A DNA stretch of 64,000 bases from Treponemataceae bacterium (GTDB lineage: Bacteria; Spirochaetota; Spirochaetia; Treponematales; Rectinemataceae), in contig CAXXGJ010000002.1 of the NCBI GenBank assembly GCA_963677895.2, forward strand, positions 256,001 to 320,000, in the 5' to 3' direction. Of this stretch, positions 1 to 9,825 are shown piece by piece (positions within the stretch are counted from its first letter, which is position 1; every line of letters begins with the position of its first letter). Below the pieces are notes generated by a model. That model worked only from the letters and a program-made list of their open reading frames with translations. It was not told the origin of the DNA and ran no database searches. The translations under genes and the position numbers were made by a program.

Positions 1-1746
1 GCGGCCCTGAAAGGAAAGGCCCTGTATCTCTGTATCGACGAGGCTTCGGCGGCGGCGGCGCACGGGGCCGCGCTCAGGATGGCGGAAGGCTTGACCGGTA
101 CGACGAAACCCGTTCTTCTCGGCGGGGAAAACGCGGGAAGCGAAGAAGTCAGGAACGCGCAGCTTCTGTACGGCGCGGTTCAGACCTTCCATGACCTCAT
201 CCCCACCGGCGCTTTCGTGCCGAGGGATTACGGCTTTGTCATCGCCGATCAGGCCGATCAAATGGCCGAATTGCCGGGCGAATTGCTCCGCAAGCTCCAG
301 GGCAGCCTCTTGCCCTCCTGGGAGAGGAAAACCCTCGTCATAGCGAACAAGCATACGCCCAGAGCCAAGAACTTCGCCTGGGATTTCGCGGACAATCCGA
401 AGGAAGTAAAGCTGGGCGAGGCGATGGGCTATGCCGGCACTACCTCCACAATATCCCGCGAGATTCAGGAAGCCGACAAGATCCGATTCATCCTCCATTT
501 GCTTCAGGAGGGCGAAAATCATCATATCTGCGTTTTCTGCAATCTGAAATCCATGGCCTCAGAGCTATCCGCCCGCTTCGTCATGAACGGCGTCACCGCG
601 GACTACATCGCCGGCAATCTCAATCCCGACAGGAAAAACCAGATAATCACCAAGGCGCTGACCTGGACCGGGCAGCGCGGCGAGCCGGAGCCGGCCCAGG
701 CTGGAGATGAGGCTTCGGAAACTTCCGAGGCTTCGGATGCTTCCGCGGCTTCGGATGCTTCCGCGGCTTCTGAAGTCGCCGCGGCAGCGGTTCCCGATTC
801 GCGTTTCCCCGCCGACAGTTTCGTCCTCATTCTCACGGACGAAGGCGCGAAAGGCCTGACCAGGCCGGAATTTCTCAACGTCGTCAACTACGACATTCCT
901 CTCGAACCCGAATTCTATTTCGAGCGTCTCAATTTCCTCAAGCGGGAGGATCCGGACGCCCTTCTCTACAACCTCGTCTGCGAGCGCTATATGTATGGGA
1001 TTCCCGCTATCCAGCGCATGGTGGACGCCTCGCTTTCCGTCGCGCCCCTCGACGCCAACATTGAACTGCCCAAAGACATGAGCGCCGGCCGGACGATCGA
1101 ATCGCCGGAGCCCCGCTTCCATAGCCGATTCGACCGCGACCGGCACGGCCGGGACGACAGACCGGGCAGGGACGACAGGCCGGGAAGGGATGACAGACCC
1201 GGCAGGGACGACCGCCGCGACGAAAGCAAGCGCGAGCCAAAGCCCATGGTCAGGCAGGACAGGCCTCGCCAAGCCGAACCCCGACTCGCTGAGCCTTATA
1301 AGGCTCAGCCCCATAGAGACGAACCTCGCAAGGCCGAACCCCGTCAGGCCGGGGCCGAACATTTCCCCGTGGTCGATCCCTACGCGATGTCCATGGAAGA
1401 ACGCATGGCCCTGTATAAGAAAAAGTACGGCAAGCGCATCGAGCAAAAACCCGCGGCCAATGGCGGCAGGGGCGATCCCCGGCGCAAAGGCCGGCCCGAC
1501 GGCGATCGCCAGGATCGGGAAGGCCGCAATCCCGAGCGCCGCAACCCCGAGCGCCGCCGCGGTCCGGCGGCCGGACCCTCCGCGAATCCCGGCGGGAACG
1601 CCGCTAAAGCCGACAAACCCGTTGTCGAAGCCAAACCGCAGACACCAGCGCAGGCGCCGGCGAAAACCGAGACTCCGCCCGCGGGAGAAACGCCGCGAGG
1701 TTTCTTCGGAAGGCTTCAGGACCTTTTCGGATCCCGCAAAGAATAA
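1..1746 (+). CDS. DEAD-box RNA helicase-fold protein with degenerate motifs and a long disordered C-terminal tail (5'-truncated by the window edge)
   Basis: Frame is open from base 1. Motif remnants occur in helicase order: VIADQAD (II), ICVFCN (IV), TDEGAKGL..VVNYDIP (V), YFERLNFLKR (VI). Confidence 0.7.
   Translation, partial: AALKGKALYLCIDEASAAAAHGAALRMAEGLTGTTKPVLLGGENAGSEEVRNAQLLYGAVQTFHDLIPTGAFVPRDYGFVIADQADQMAELPGELLRKLQGSLLPSWERKTLVIANKHTPRAKNFAWDFADNPKEVKLGEAMGYAGTTSTISREIQEADKIRFILHLLQEGENHHICVFCNLKSMASELSARFVMNGVTADYIAGNLNPDRKNQIITKALTWTGQRGEPEPAQAGDEASETSEASDASAASDASAASEVAAAAVPDSRFPADSFVLILTDEGAKGLTRPEFLNVVNYDIPLEPEFYFERLNFLKREDPDALLYNLVCERYMYGIPAIQRMVDASLSVAPLDANIELPKDMSAGRTIESPEPRFHSRFDRDRHGRDDRPGRDDRPGRDDRPGRDDRRDESKREPKPMVRQDRPRQAEPRLAEPYKAQPHRDEPRKAEPRQAGAEHFPVVDPYAMSMEERMALYKKKYGKRIEQKPAANGGRGDPRRKGRPDGDRQDREGRNPERRNPERRRGPAAGPSANPGGNAAKADKPVVEAKPQTPAQAPAKTETPPAGETPRGFFGRLQDLFGSRKE
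709..774 (+). repeat. Imperfect 18-bp coding tandem repeat (EASETS/EASDAS/AASDAS)
   Basis: gcttcggatgcttccgcg-like units seen directly. Confidence 0.8.
1147..1218 (+). repeat. 18-bp coding tandem repeat, GRDDRP x4
   Basis: Four synonymous-diverged units encoding GRDDR(P/R). Confidence 0.85.
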
Positions 1747-1769
1747 GTAAAAGAGAAGGTGGCATCGAG

Positions 1770-4307
1770 ATGAAAATTCTGACCCATACGGTAAAACCAA
1801 GGCTGGAAGGCGAACTCGCCGCCCTCGATCCTATAGCACGCAATCTGTGGCTGTCCTGGAACTTCGATGCCGTCTCGCTTTTCATCCGCATAGACCCGGA
1901 CGCCTGGGCGGCGAGCGGCCAGAATCCGATCAAAATGCTGGGCATGGTGAGTCAGGAACGTTTCGACCAGCTGGCGCAGGACGATTCCTTCATCGCTTCC
2001 CTCAATGACGTGAAAAACCGCTTCGAGCGTTACAAAAAGGGAGACACCTGGCACAAGGGTCCCAAGACCCCCGTCACCGCCTATTTCTCCATGGAGTTCG
2101 GGATCGACGTCTCCCTGCCAACCTATTCGGGCGGCCTGGGAATCCTGTCGGGCGATCACATGAAAACCTCGAGCGACCTGGGGCTTCCCCTCGTCGGCGT
2201 GGGCCTTCTGTACCGCCAGGGCTACTTCAAACAGTACCTGAACGCCGACGGCTTCCAGCAGGAATCCTATCCGGAGAACGACTGGTACAATATGCCCGTC
2301 CAGCAATGCTCGGATGCCGATGGCAAGCCCATCCTCATTTCGGTGGAGTTGGCCGGAAAGCTCGTGTACGCCGCGATCTGGGAAGTGAAGGTCGGCCGGG
2401 CGAGTCTCTATCTTCTCGACACCAACATCCCTGAGAATTCCCCCGAGGACAGGATCATCACCGCCACGCTCTACGGCGGCGACAAAGAAACGCGAATCCG
2501 CCAGGAAATCGTTCTGGGCATCGGCGGCATCAGGGCGCTCTCAGCCCTCGGCGTCGAAGTCGCCGCCACGCATATGAACGAGGGGCATTCCGCCTTCCTT
2601 GCCCTGGAAAGGGTGCGGATACTCATGACCGAACAGGGGCTTTCCGCGCGGGAAGCCATCCAGGCATTCATCCCCACGAATATTTTCACCACCCATACCC
2701 CAGTCCCGGCCGGCAACGAACGCTTCGGCATCGATCTCATCGATAAATATTTCCGCCGCTGGCTCCAGAACCTCGGCGTCGATTGGTCCGAATTCCTCGC
2801 TCTCGGCAGGGAGAATCCCGGCGACAACAACGAAAGTTTCTGCATGACCGTTTTCGCCCTCAAGCTCTCGGCCCGCGCGAACGGCGTTTCGGCTCTCCAC
2901 GGCCAGGTGAGCAGGGAAATGTGGAAGAATCTCTGGCCGCAGCTGCCCATAGGCGAAATTCCCATCGGCCACGTCACGAACGGCGTCCATCCCAGGACCT
3001 GGATCAGCCACGATATGCTCACCCTCCTGGACCGTTTTCTCGGCCCGCGCTTCAGCGACGAACCGGGCGCCACGGATATATGGGACAGGATGGACAGGGT
3101 TTCGGACGAAGAGCTGTGGCGGACTCACGAACGGCGCAGGGAACGCCTCGTGGCCTCCTGCAGGGACAGGCTCGGCGCCACGATGGAGCGCCTCGGCATC
3201 ACCGATCCCGCCCTCATCAAGGCGGGCGACGCCCTTTCTCCCTCTCTCTTCACCCTTTCGTTCGCGCGCCGATTCGCCACGTACAAGAGGGGAAACCTTC
3301 TCCTGCGCGATCCCGACCGACTCATCAGGCTTTTGTCCAGCGGCGCCATGCCCATACAGATCATCTTCGCCGGCAAGGCGCATCCCCACGATATTCCCGG
3401 CAAGGAAATAATCAGGGAACTCGTGCACTTCTCGCGCAAGGATGAAGTGCTGGGGCGCCTCGTGTTTCTCGAGGACTACGACATGGGCCTTTCCCGCTAC
3501 ATGACGTCCGGATCGGATGTCTGGCTCAACACGCCGCGCCGTCCCCTGGAAGCCTCGGGCACCTCGGGCATGAAAGCCGGCATGAACGGCGTCCTCAACT
3601 GCTCCATCCTCGACGGCTGGTGGGCCGAAGGCTACGGCCCGGACATCGGCTGGGCCATCGGACAGGGCGAGGAATACAAGGACGAAGAACTGCAGGACAA
3701 GATCGAGAGCGAAAATCTCTACGACCTTCTCGAACGCGAAATCCTGCCCACCTTCTACAGACGAGGCAGGGACAACCTCCCCAGGGAATGGATCGCCAGA
3801 ATGCGCGCGTCGATCAAGTCGATCGGCAGGAACTTCTCATCCCACAGGATGCTCGAAGAGTACTACGACGGCTACTACAAACCAGCCATGGCCGAAGGCA
3901 TCAAGCTGAAAGCCGAGGGCTATGCCTCGTCGCGGTCGCTGTCCGCTTATCTCGACAGGGCCGGATCGCTCTGGAATTCCGTGGCCGTCCTGGAACTCCG
4001 CGACGACGCTTCTCCCGTCATCGCGCGCGGGACCAAGATCCATGTCGAAGCCACAGTGAACCTCGCCGGCCTTTCGCCCGAGGAAGTGCGCGTCGAATGC
4101 TACCGCGGACCGCTGACCAGCAAGGGCGAGATACAGTCGCCCGAGAGGACCGAAATGACCGCCGCCTCGAACGAAGGTTCGGTCTGGAAATACGGCGCTA
4201 CCGTCAACGGAAAGCTCACCGGGCAGATCGGCTACTCCATAAGGATACTTCCCAAGCATCCCGCACTGGGCGATCGTTTCGTACCGGGAATGATGCGCTG
4301 GGCCTGA
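1770..4307 (+). CDS. glgP: Alpha-glucan (glycogen/maltodextrin) phosphorylase
   Basis: YFSMEFG, YSGGLG, MNEGH, ARRFATYKR and the PLP-lysine motif EASGTSGMK. Confidence 0.95.
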   Translation: MKILTHTVKPRLEGELAALDPIARNLWLSWNFDAVSLFIRIDPDAWAASGQNPIKMLGMVSQERFDQLAQDDSFIASLNDVKNRFERYKKGDTWHKGPKTPVTAYFSMEFGIDVSLPTYSGGLGILSGDHMKTSSDLGLPLVGVGLLYRQGYFKQYLNADGFQQESYPENDWYNMPVQQCSDADGKPILISVELAGKLVYAAIWEVKVGRASLYLLDTNIPENSPEDRIITATLYGGDKETRIRQEIVLGIGGIRALSALGVEVAATHMNEGHSAFLALERVRILMTEQGLSAREAIQAFIPTNIFTTHTPVPAGNERFGIDLIDKYFRRWLQNLGVDWSEFLALGRENPGDNNESFCMTVFALKLSARANGVSALHGQVSREMWKNLWPQLPIGEIPIGHVTNGVHPRTWISHDMLTLLDRFLGPRFSDEPGATDIWDRMDRVSDEELWRTHERRRERLVASCRDRLGATMERLGITDPALIKAGDALSPSLFTLSFARRFATYKRGNLLLRDPDRLIRLLSSGAMPIQIIFAGKAHPHDIPGKEIIRELVHFSRKDEVLGRLVFLEDYDMGLSRYMTSGSDVWLNTPRRPLEASGTSGMKAGMNGVLNCSILDGWWAEGYGPDIGWAIGQGEEYKDEELQDKIESENLYDLLEREILPTFYRRGRDNLPREWIARMRASIKSIGRNFSSHRMLEEYYDGYYKPAMAEGIKLKAEGYASSRSLSAYLDRAGSLWNSVAVLELRDDASPVIARGTKIHVEATVNLAGLSPEEVRVECYRGPLTSKGEIQSPERTEMTAASNEGSVWKYGATVNGKLTGQIGYSIRILPKHPALGDRFVPGMMRWA

Positions 4308-4344
4308 TCACCATGTAACAACGAAGCGATAAAAGGGAGGTCCC

Positions 4345-5631
4345 ATGCCTTCATCGGCGATGGACCAGAAGACGATAGCGCAAGCCCAGGAAACCTTGGA
4401 CGGCGTAACGAAGGGAGGGCGGATCAAGAGGATCCTGCCCTTCCTCGGCCCTGCCATCATCGCGAGCATCGCCTATGTCGACCCGGGCAATTTCGCGACG
4501 AACATACAGGCCGGAGCCAAGTTCGGCTATATGCTCCTCTGGGTCATCTTCGCGAGCAACCTCATGGCCATGCTCATCCAGACGCTTTCCGCGAAACTCG
4601 GCATCGCCACGGGAAAGAATCTGGCCGAGCACTGCGGACAATCCTTTCCGAAGCCGGTCGCCTACGCCCTGTGGATCGTGATGGAACTGGCGGCCATGGC
4701 CACCGATCTCGCCGAGTTCCTCGGCGCGGCGGTCGCCTTCAACCTGCTCTTCGGCATGCCGCTCTGGATCGCCGGACTGCTGACCGCTCTCTGCACCTTC
4801 GCCATACTCGCGCTGCAGAGGTTCGGATTCCGTCCCCTCGAGGCCGCGATCGCCGTTTTCGTCGGCGTCATCTCGCTCTGCTATCTGACGGAACTCATAC
4901 TCGTAAAGCCGATCTGGGCCGATGTCCTTCCGCACGCCTTCATTCCCCTCTTCAGCGGACGCGAGAGCGTCGTTCTTGGCGCGGGCATCCTGGGCGCGAC
5001 CGTGATGCCCCATGCCATATTCCTGCACTCCGCCCTCACCCAGGGGCGCATACCCCACAGTCCGAGCCAACGCAAACGCCTCTACCGCTTCGAGATCGTC
5101 GACGTCGTTTTCGCGATGGGCATGGCTGGCCTCATCAACGCCGCCATGCTCATCGTGGCGGCCGGAACCTTCTTCCTCCACGGCGCGAGCGGCGTCGGCA
5201 CGCTCGAACAAGCCCACAAGACCTTGGAGCCCCTGCTCGGCCCGGCGGCCAGCACGGTGTTCGCCATTTCCCTCCTCGCCTCGGGCCTCTCATCATCGAC
5301 GGTGGGCACGCAGGCCGGCCAGATCATCATTCAGGGTTTCATCCAGAAGGACATACCCATCTGGATACGGCGCCTCGTCACCGTGGTGCCCTCGCTCATC
5401 GTCATAGCGATCGGACTCGATCCGACGCAGACGCTCGTTCTGAGCCAAGTCGTCTTGAGCTTCTGCCTGCCTCTCGCCGTTGTTCCCTTAATACTGTTCA
5501 CCAACGACAAGAAGATAATGGGCGACCTCGTCAACGGACCCGTCACCAAGGTCGCCATCGGGATCGTCGCGGCGGTCATCATTTCCCTCAACGTTTTCCT
5601 CATCTTCAACACATTCGTGGCGGGAGGTTGA
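4345..5631 (+). CDS. mntH: Nramp-family divalent metal (Mn2+) transporter
   Basis: DPGN and MPH signature motifs, multiple TM helices, SD ggagg. Confidence 0.95.
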   Translation: MPSSAMDQKTIAQAQETLDGVTKGGRIKRILPFLGPAIIASIAYVDPGNFATNIQAGAKFGYMLLWVIFASNLMAMLIQTLSAKLGIATGKNLAEHCGQSFPKPVAYALWIVMELAAMATDLAEFLGAAVAFNLLFGMPLWIAGLLTALCTFAILALQRFGFRPLEAAIAVFVGVISLCYLTELILVKPIWADVLPHAFIPLFSGRESVVLGAGILGATVMPHAIFLHSALTQGRIPHSPSQRKRLYRFEIVDVVFAMGMAGLINAAMLIVAAGTFFLHGASGVGTLEQAHKTLEPLLGPAASTVFAISLLASGLSSSTVGTQAGQIIIQGFIQKDIPIWIRRLVTVVPSLIVIAIGLDPTQTLVLSQVVLSFCLPLAVVPLILFTNDKKIMGDLVNGPVTKVAIGIVAAVIISLNVFLIFNTFVAGG

Positions 5632-5633
5632 GC

Positions 5634-6524
5634 ATGTTTTCCACTATTCTCGTGCCGCTCGACGGTTCCGTCGCGGCCGAATCATCCTTGCCGATGGTTG
5701 AGGCGCTCAGGCGCGCCTTCGATTCCACGGTGACGCTCATCCACCTTCTAGAAGCGGACGCCCCGCGCGAGATTCACGGGGAGCGACACCTCGGCGATGA
5801 ACGCGAAGCCATCGAATACCTGGATAATGTCGCGACTAGCGCTTTTCCCGCGGGCGCTCGCGTGGAACGCCATGTCCACGTCGCGCAGGTCGCCGATGTG
5901 CCGCGGAGCCTCGCCGAACACGCAGCGGAACTCTCCCAGGACCTGGTCGTGCTCTGCGTCCACGGAAAGGGCGGGCTCTGGCGCCTCTTCGAGGGCGCCA
6001 TAGGCGAGCGGATCATGAGGCATCAGACCGCCCCAGTCCTTCTTCTGCGGTCGGATTCCCCGCCGCGCGCGCCTTTCGCGCGCATTCTCCTGGCGCTCGA
6101 CGGCAAGCCCGAGCACGAACAGTCCTTTGCCCTCGTCGAGGAATTCGCGGCAGCCACAGGCGCTGCCGTGGATGTGACGACCGTGGTGCCCACCCGGTCG
6201 ACGCTCAAGGGGCCCGGGCGCGCGTCCGTGCTATTCTCTCCCTCCGCCGGCAGGGAAGCGCTGCGGCTCGCCGAGGAAGAGGCTGATCTGTATGTGGGCG
6301 AGAGAGCGGGAAGGCTCGCGGCGAGAGGCATAGCGGCGAGCGCGATACGGCGACGAGGCGATCCCGCGCGGCAGCTCGCCCGTATAGCGAGAGAGAGCGG
6401 CTCGGATCTGATAGTGCTCGGGACTCACGGCCGCGCGGGAAGCCGCGCTTTTTGGGCCGAAAGCGCCGCCGTGCGCATAATCGCCGCGACCAGGCTTCCG
6501 GCACTCCTCGTGCCCGGGGCGTAG
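5634..6524 (+). CDS. Universal stress protein with two USP domains
   Basis: MFSTILVPLDGS..., ILLALDG, DLIVLGTHGR. ATG at 5634 follows ggagg. Confidence 0.9.
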   Translation: MFSTILVPLDGSVAAESSLPMVEALRRAFDSTVTLIHLLEADAPREIHGERHLGDEREAIEYLDNVATSAFPAGARVERHVHVAQVADVPRSLAEHAAELSQDLVVLCVHGKGGLWRLFEGAIGERIMRHQTAPVLLLRSDSPPRAPFARILLALDGKPEHEQSFALVEEFAAATGAAVDVTTVVPTRSTLKGPGRASVLFSPSAGREALRLAEEEADLYVGERAGRLAARGIAASAIRRRGDPARQLARIARESGSDLIVLGTHGRAGSRAFWAESAAVRIIAATRLPALLVPGA

Positions 6525-6547
6525 CTGGAAAGTCGCCAGGCTGGGAT

Positions 6548-7492
6548 TCAGGGTGAAGTTTTTATATCTCTCGGTTTCGCGAAAGCCTGCCATTCCTGGA
6601 AAGGCACGAAGGTGACGGATTGCCGCTTTTCTTCCGCTCTCGCGAGGTAAGTCCAAACCCTGTGGTCGACGACGTCGAAATGCTCCGAAACCTTTTTCGC
6701 TTCGCGGAAAGCCGCGCTCATCGCGTCGTAGAAACCCGGCTGGGCTATCGTTAAGTAAGGTCCGTCCAGCAGCATCAGGAGGGGGCCGCCCTGCTCGAAG
6801 GGAGCCTTCCTGTAGAAGTTGGCCGGCGGAAGAAAGGGCACGGGATCGAAGGCAGCGGTGACGCGCACGACGGGCAGGGACTTGAATGCCAGCCAGCCTT
6901 CGGCGTCGGTCACCTTGGGCGGCCCCGAGGCGACGATTTTTTCGACGTCATATCCCGCCTTCGTCAGGAACATGCCGACAATGATCGATTCCGCGGCCCC
7001 AAGCGAATGGCCGCAGACGACGATGGGAAGATCGCTTCTCAGGTATTGTTTGACATCGTTGAAGACGATCGAGGCGGCGACCTCGAATCCATGGTGCAGC
7101 ATGATCCCGAGCTCAGGGCTTCTTTGTTTCCAGGTTTCCACGTCGAGCAGCGCGTTCATGAGATTCGCCGTCCCCCGGATCGCGATGATCTGCCTGCGCC
7201 GGAGCGGATCCACCGCGTACGCGTAACGGTTTTCGCTTCTCTCCAGCTCCCTCAAGGTCAGCTTCTCCAGCCTCGAATCCCAATCCGCAAGTATCTTCGA
7301 ACTTGGGTCGAGGCGGACGGAGCGCTGGAAGCTCAATAGTTCGATGAGCTCGTCGGTGGTGACGTCGAAGCCCGAACCTTTCAAGTCCTGATCGTTCGAG
7401 ACGTTGGGCGCCTCAGCCACCGAAATCGAGACAAGCGCGAAGAAGAAAATCAGAACCGTCGAAAAGACGAATAGTCCGCGTCGGTTGCTCAT
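6548..7492 (-). CDS. Secreted lipase class 3 family protein
   Basis: N-terminal hydrophobic signal, IRGT oxyanion motif, GHSLG nucleophile elbow, DPVP. Confidence 0.85.
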   Translation of the reverse strand: MSNRRGLFVFSTVLIFFFALVSISVAEAPNVSNDQDLKGSGFDVTTDELIELLSFQRSVRLDPSSKILADWDSRLEKLTLRELERSENRYAYAVDPLRRRQIIAIRGTANLMNALLDVETWKQRSPELGIMLHHGFEVAASIVFNDVKQYLRSDLPIVVCGHSLGAAESIIVGMFLTKAGYDVEKIVASGPPKVTDAEGWLAFKSLPVVRVTAAFDPVPFLPPANFYRKAPFEQGGPLLMLLDGPYLTIAQPGFYDAMSAAFREAKKVSEHFDVVDHRVWTYLARAEEKRQSVTFVPFQEWQAFAKPRDIKTSP

Positions 7493-7529
7493 ATGACAAG
7501 TATCGCACCGATCGCGGGCAACCTCAATA

Positions 7530-8366
7530 TCAGATTTCGAACTGGTCCCCGCAGCGCATGGGCTGAATCCGATCGCCGAGCCTCGTCTTCAGGCGCTCGT
7601 AGGCGACCTGGCCCGTGCAGTGGCCCGCGTAATAGGTCGTGCCGGGAAAGGCCGCGAGATCGTCCGCGAAACGGTCGAGGATGGTGGGGCTCTCGGTCTG
7701 CGTGCCCGGCGCCCGGTAGAGATGCATGCCGGCGAAGACGAGATTCCTGGGGCCGAGCAGGCCCTTTTCCGCGAGACAGCCCATGATGTTCTGCAGGCCA
7801 GTGTGCGAGCAGGAGCTGAAGACGCAGGTAGTGCCCGTTTCGCCTTCGCGGACCACGAGGGCTAGTTCATGGGAAAAGTCGTCGCGTTCGAAGCGCCAGC
7901 CCTTTCTCATGTAGAGATTCGAGCTCGTCGTCAGGTATGCGGAAGTTCTCGGGATATTGACGACGGCTTGGACGCCGGGACTGAGTTCCCTGTCCTCGTC
8001 CAGAAAGGCGATGCCCTCATCGTTCGCGAAAGCCCTGTCCATGCCGACGTTGAAGTACAGAATCCCGAAGGATCGCACGTAGCAGCGTCGCGTCGCCGTT
8101 CTCGCCATGTAGACGGGAGCGCTCGGGTTGACTTCCCTGAAGGCGGCCAGCCCCCCCGAATGGTCGCCGTGCCCGTGGGAGAGAACGGCATAGTCAGCGC
8201 CCGCGACATCGCATCCAAGGAGAGCCGCGTTTTCAAGGAAGAGGCTCCTCTGCCCCGCGTCGAGGAGGATTTTCTTGCCGCCGGTTTCGATGAAAAAAGA
8301 AAGGCCATGTTCAGCCTTTATGGAAGCGTCTTTCGGCGTGTTTTCCACGAGCAGCGTTATTTTCAT
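7530..8366 (-). CDS. MBL-fold metallo-hydrolase (EHGLS type, 7,8-dihydropterin-methyl-aminobenzene synthase-like family)
   Basis: MKITLLVEN, EHGLS, LSHGHGDH, SCSHTG, GHCTG. SD gaggg precedes ATG 8366. Confidence 0.88.
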   Translation of the reverse strand: MKITLLVENTPKDASIKAEHGLSFFIETGGKKILLDAGQRSLFLENAALLGCDVAGADYAVLSHGHGDHSGGLAAFREVNPSAPVYMARTATRRCYVRSFGILYFNVGMDRAFANDEGIAFLDEDRELSPGVQAVVNIPRTSAYLTTSSNLYMRKGWRFERDDFSHELALVVREGETGTTCVFSSCSHTGLQNIMGCLAEKGLLGPRNLVFAGMHLYRAPGTQTESPTILDRFADDLAAFPGTTYYAGHCTGQVAYERLKTRLGDRIQPMRCGDQFEI

Positions 8367-8891
8367 GCTTTTCCCTCCGCGCAGGCGACGAGATCCTTTA
8401 TACGCTCTCTCTTGGTGAAATCGACGGGCCGCGAATAGGCGGCGAGCATGCCCTTTTCGTCCGGCGTCTTCTCTATTCTTCCGCGCGAGCTTCAGCTTGA
8501 GCAGGTTCATAAGGAGCTTGTCGGCCAGCCCGAGCTTCAAGTAGTCGAAGCCGCCGCGCAGGTAAAAGAAATGGATACGCTCGCGTTCTTCGGGCGAAAA
8601 ATTGGCGTTGATGACTTCCGCGGGCACATCGGCCCTTGATGGCGTGGCGCCCGTCGCGAAAACGATGACGCGTTTGCCCTCCAGCCGCGCGAAGTTCTTC
8701 TTGAGCGCCTTGACGCCCCGTATCCCCACGGCATGGAGGCTGCCGCCGTAGATTATCGTGTCGTAGTTTTGAAGCGTTTCTGGTCGCAGTCTTCGCGCCT
8801 CGACGAGATCGGCGCTCAAGTCCTGGGCGATCCACTCGGCGTATTTTTTCGTGAAACCGGTGGTCGAAGTATAGATGACGATGGCTCTCAT
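8363..8891 (-). pseudogene. Flavodoxin-domain (HemG-like) protein with a frameshift near 8475
   Basis: IYTSTTGFTKKYA, IIYGGSL and FYLRGGFDY are present. The expected C-terminus (EKTPDEKGMLAAYSRPVDFTKRERIKDLV...*) lies in a shifted frame ending at 8363. Confidence 0.7.
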
Positions 8892-9709
8892 CGCGCGTTC
8901 TCGCCATGGGCGCCGGCGGGCGAACGCAGCGCCAGCAGCGTATCGGCAATCTCGGCGAAGCCCGCCCCGCATTCCTTCGTCGCGACGAAGGCTGGCAAGG
9001 ATCGCATAAGCTCCCGATATCGGCTAACGTTTGCCACGCCGCAGGCCAGGGGAAAATGAGCGAACATGGGCTCGTCGTTGGGCGAATCACCGACGAAGAC
9101 GACGCTCGATCGATCGCGCGCATCGTCATAACCGAAACGCGCGGTCAAGTAGCGGATCGCCATAGACAGTTTGTCGTAATCGCCCATCCATGCGTTGACG
9201 TGGATGGAGCTCACCTTGGCCTTCGCGCCTTCCTCGTCGCATATCGTTTTTATTTTCAGCGCGTCGGAGAGGGGAAGCACAGGTTCCTCCTCGGCGAAAT
9301 CGATGGCAATGTCATAGAGCCGGGCGAACTGGTCGCGGGCCGGCCGGCATCCCGGGACTTCGGCCATCGCGCGCGCCATCACCCGGGAAAGGGCGGGCGC
9401 GTCGTTTTTCACGGCGCTGGGGTGGGTGATGGCGCGGAGGTGCCGCCCCTCCGGCTCCTCCCAAAACACGAAAGCCCCGTTTTCGCCCACGACGCCGTCC
9501 ACCGGCCATTCGCGCGCGATGAGATCGCACCAGCCGGCCGGCCGGCCCGTTATGGGCAGCACCACAAGCCCGGCGCCCTTGAGTTTCCATAGCGCCGCGT
9601 AGCTTTCCGCCGTCAGTTTGCCTTGGGTCGTGAGCGTATCGTCTATATCCATGAGGACAAAGCGAACGGCGCGCGCCTCGGCCGCCGTCATGTCTTGTAT
9701 CGTTCGCAT
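8888..9709 (-). CDS. HAD-superfamily hydrolase, subfamily IIB
   Basis: MDIDDTLT (motif I), [16 protein letters not shown]. Confidence 0.9.
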   Translation of the reverse strand: MRTIQDMTAAEARAVRFVLMDIDDTLTTQGKLTAESYAALWKLKGAGLVVLPITGRPAGWCDLIAREWPVDGVVGENGAFVFWEEPEGRHLRAITHPSAVKNDAPALSRVMARAMAEVPGCRPARDQFARLYDIAIDFAEEEPVLPLSDALKIKTICDEEGAKAKVSSIHVNAWMGDYDKLSMAIRYLTARFGYDDARDRSSVVFVGDSPNDEPMFAHFPLACGVANVSRYRELMRSLPAFVATKECGAGFAEIADTLLALRSPAGAHGENAR

Positions 9710-9825
9710 GGCCGCAAGCCTATCACTTTTCCCGCGCCGAATTCCATATGTCCGATGCCCGCGAAAATCCGCGGAAAGCGGAATTCTGTGGCGCTCGCGG
9801 GCTTTTTTGGATACAATGCGTTTAT

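Noticed and set aside
4671..5633. 617-aa ORF apparently extending the USP N-terminally
   Set aside because: The extension is an Arg-rich alternative frame of mntH. The real start is ATG 5634 with an SD.
9731..9802. Imperfect inverted repeat between the HAD gene and hsdM as a mobile-element end
   Set aside because: Pairing is interrupted, there is no matching end beyond hsdR, and no transposase or integrase is in the window.
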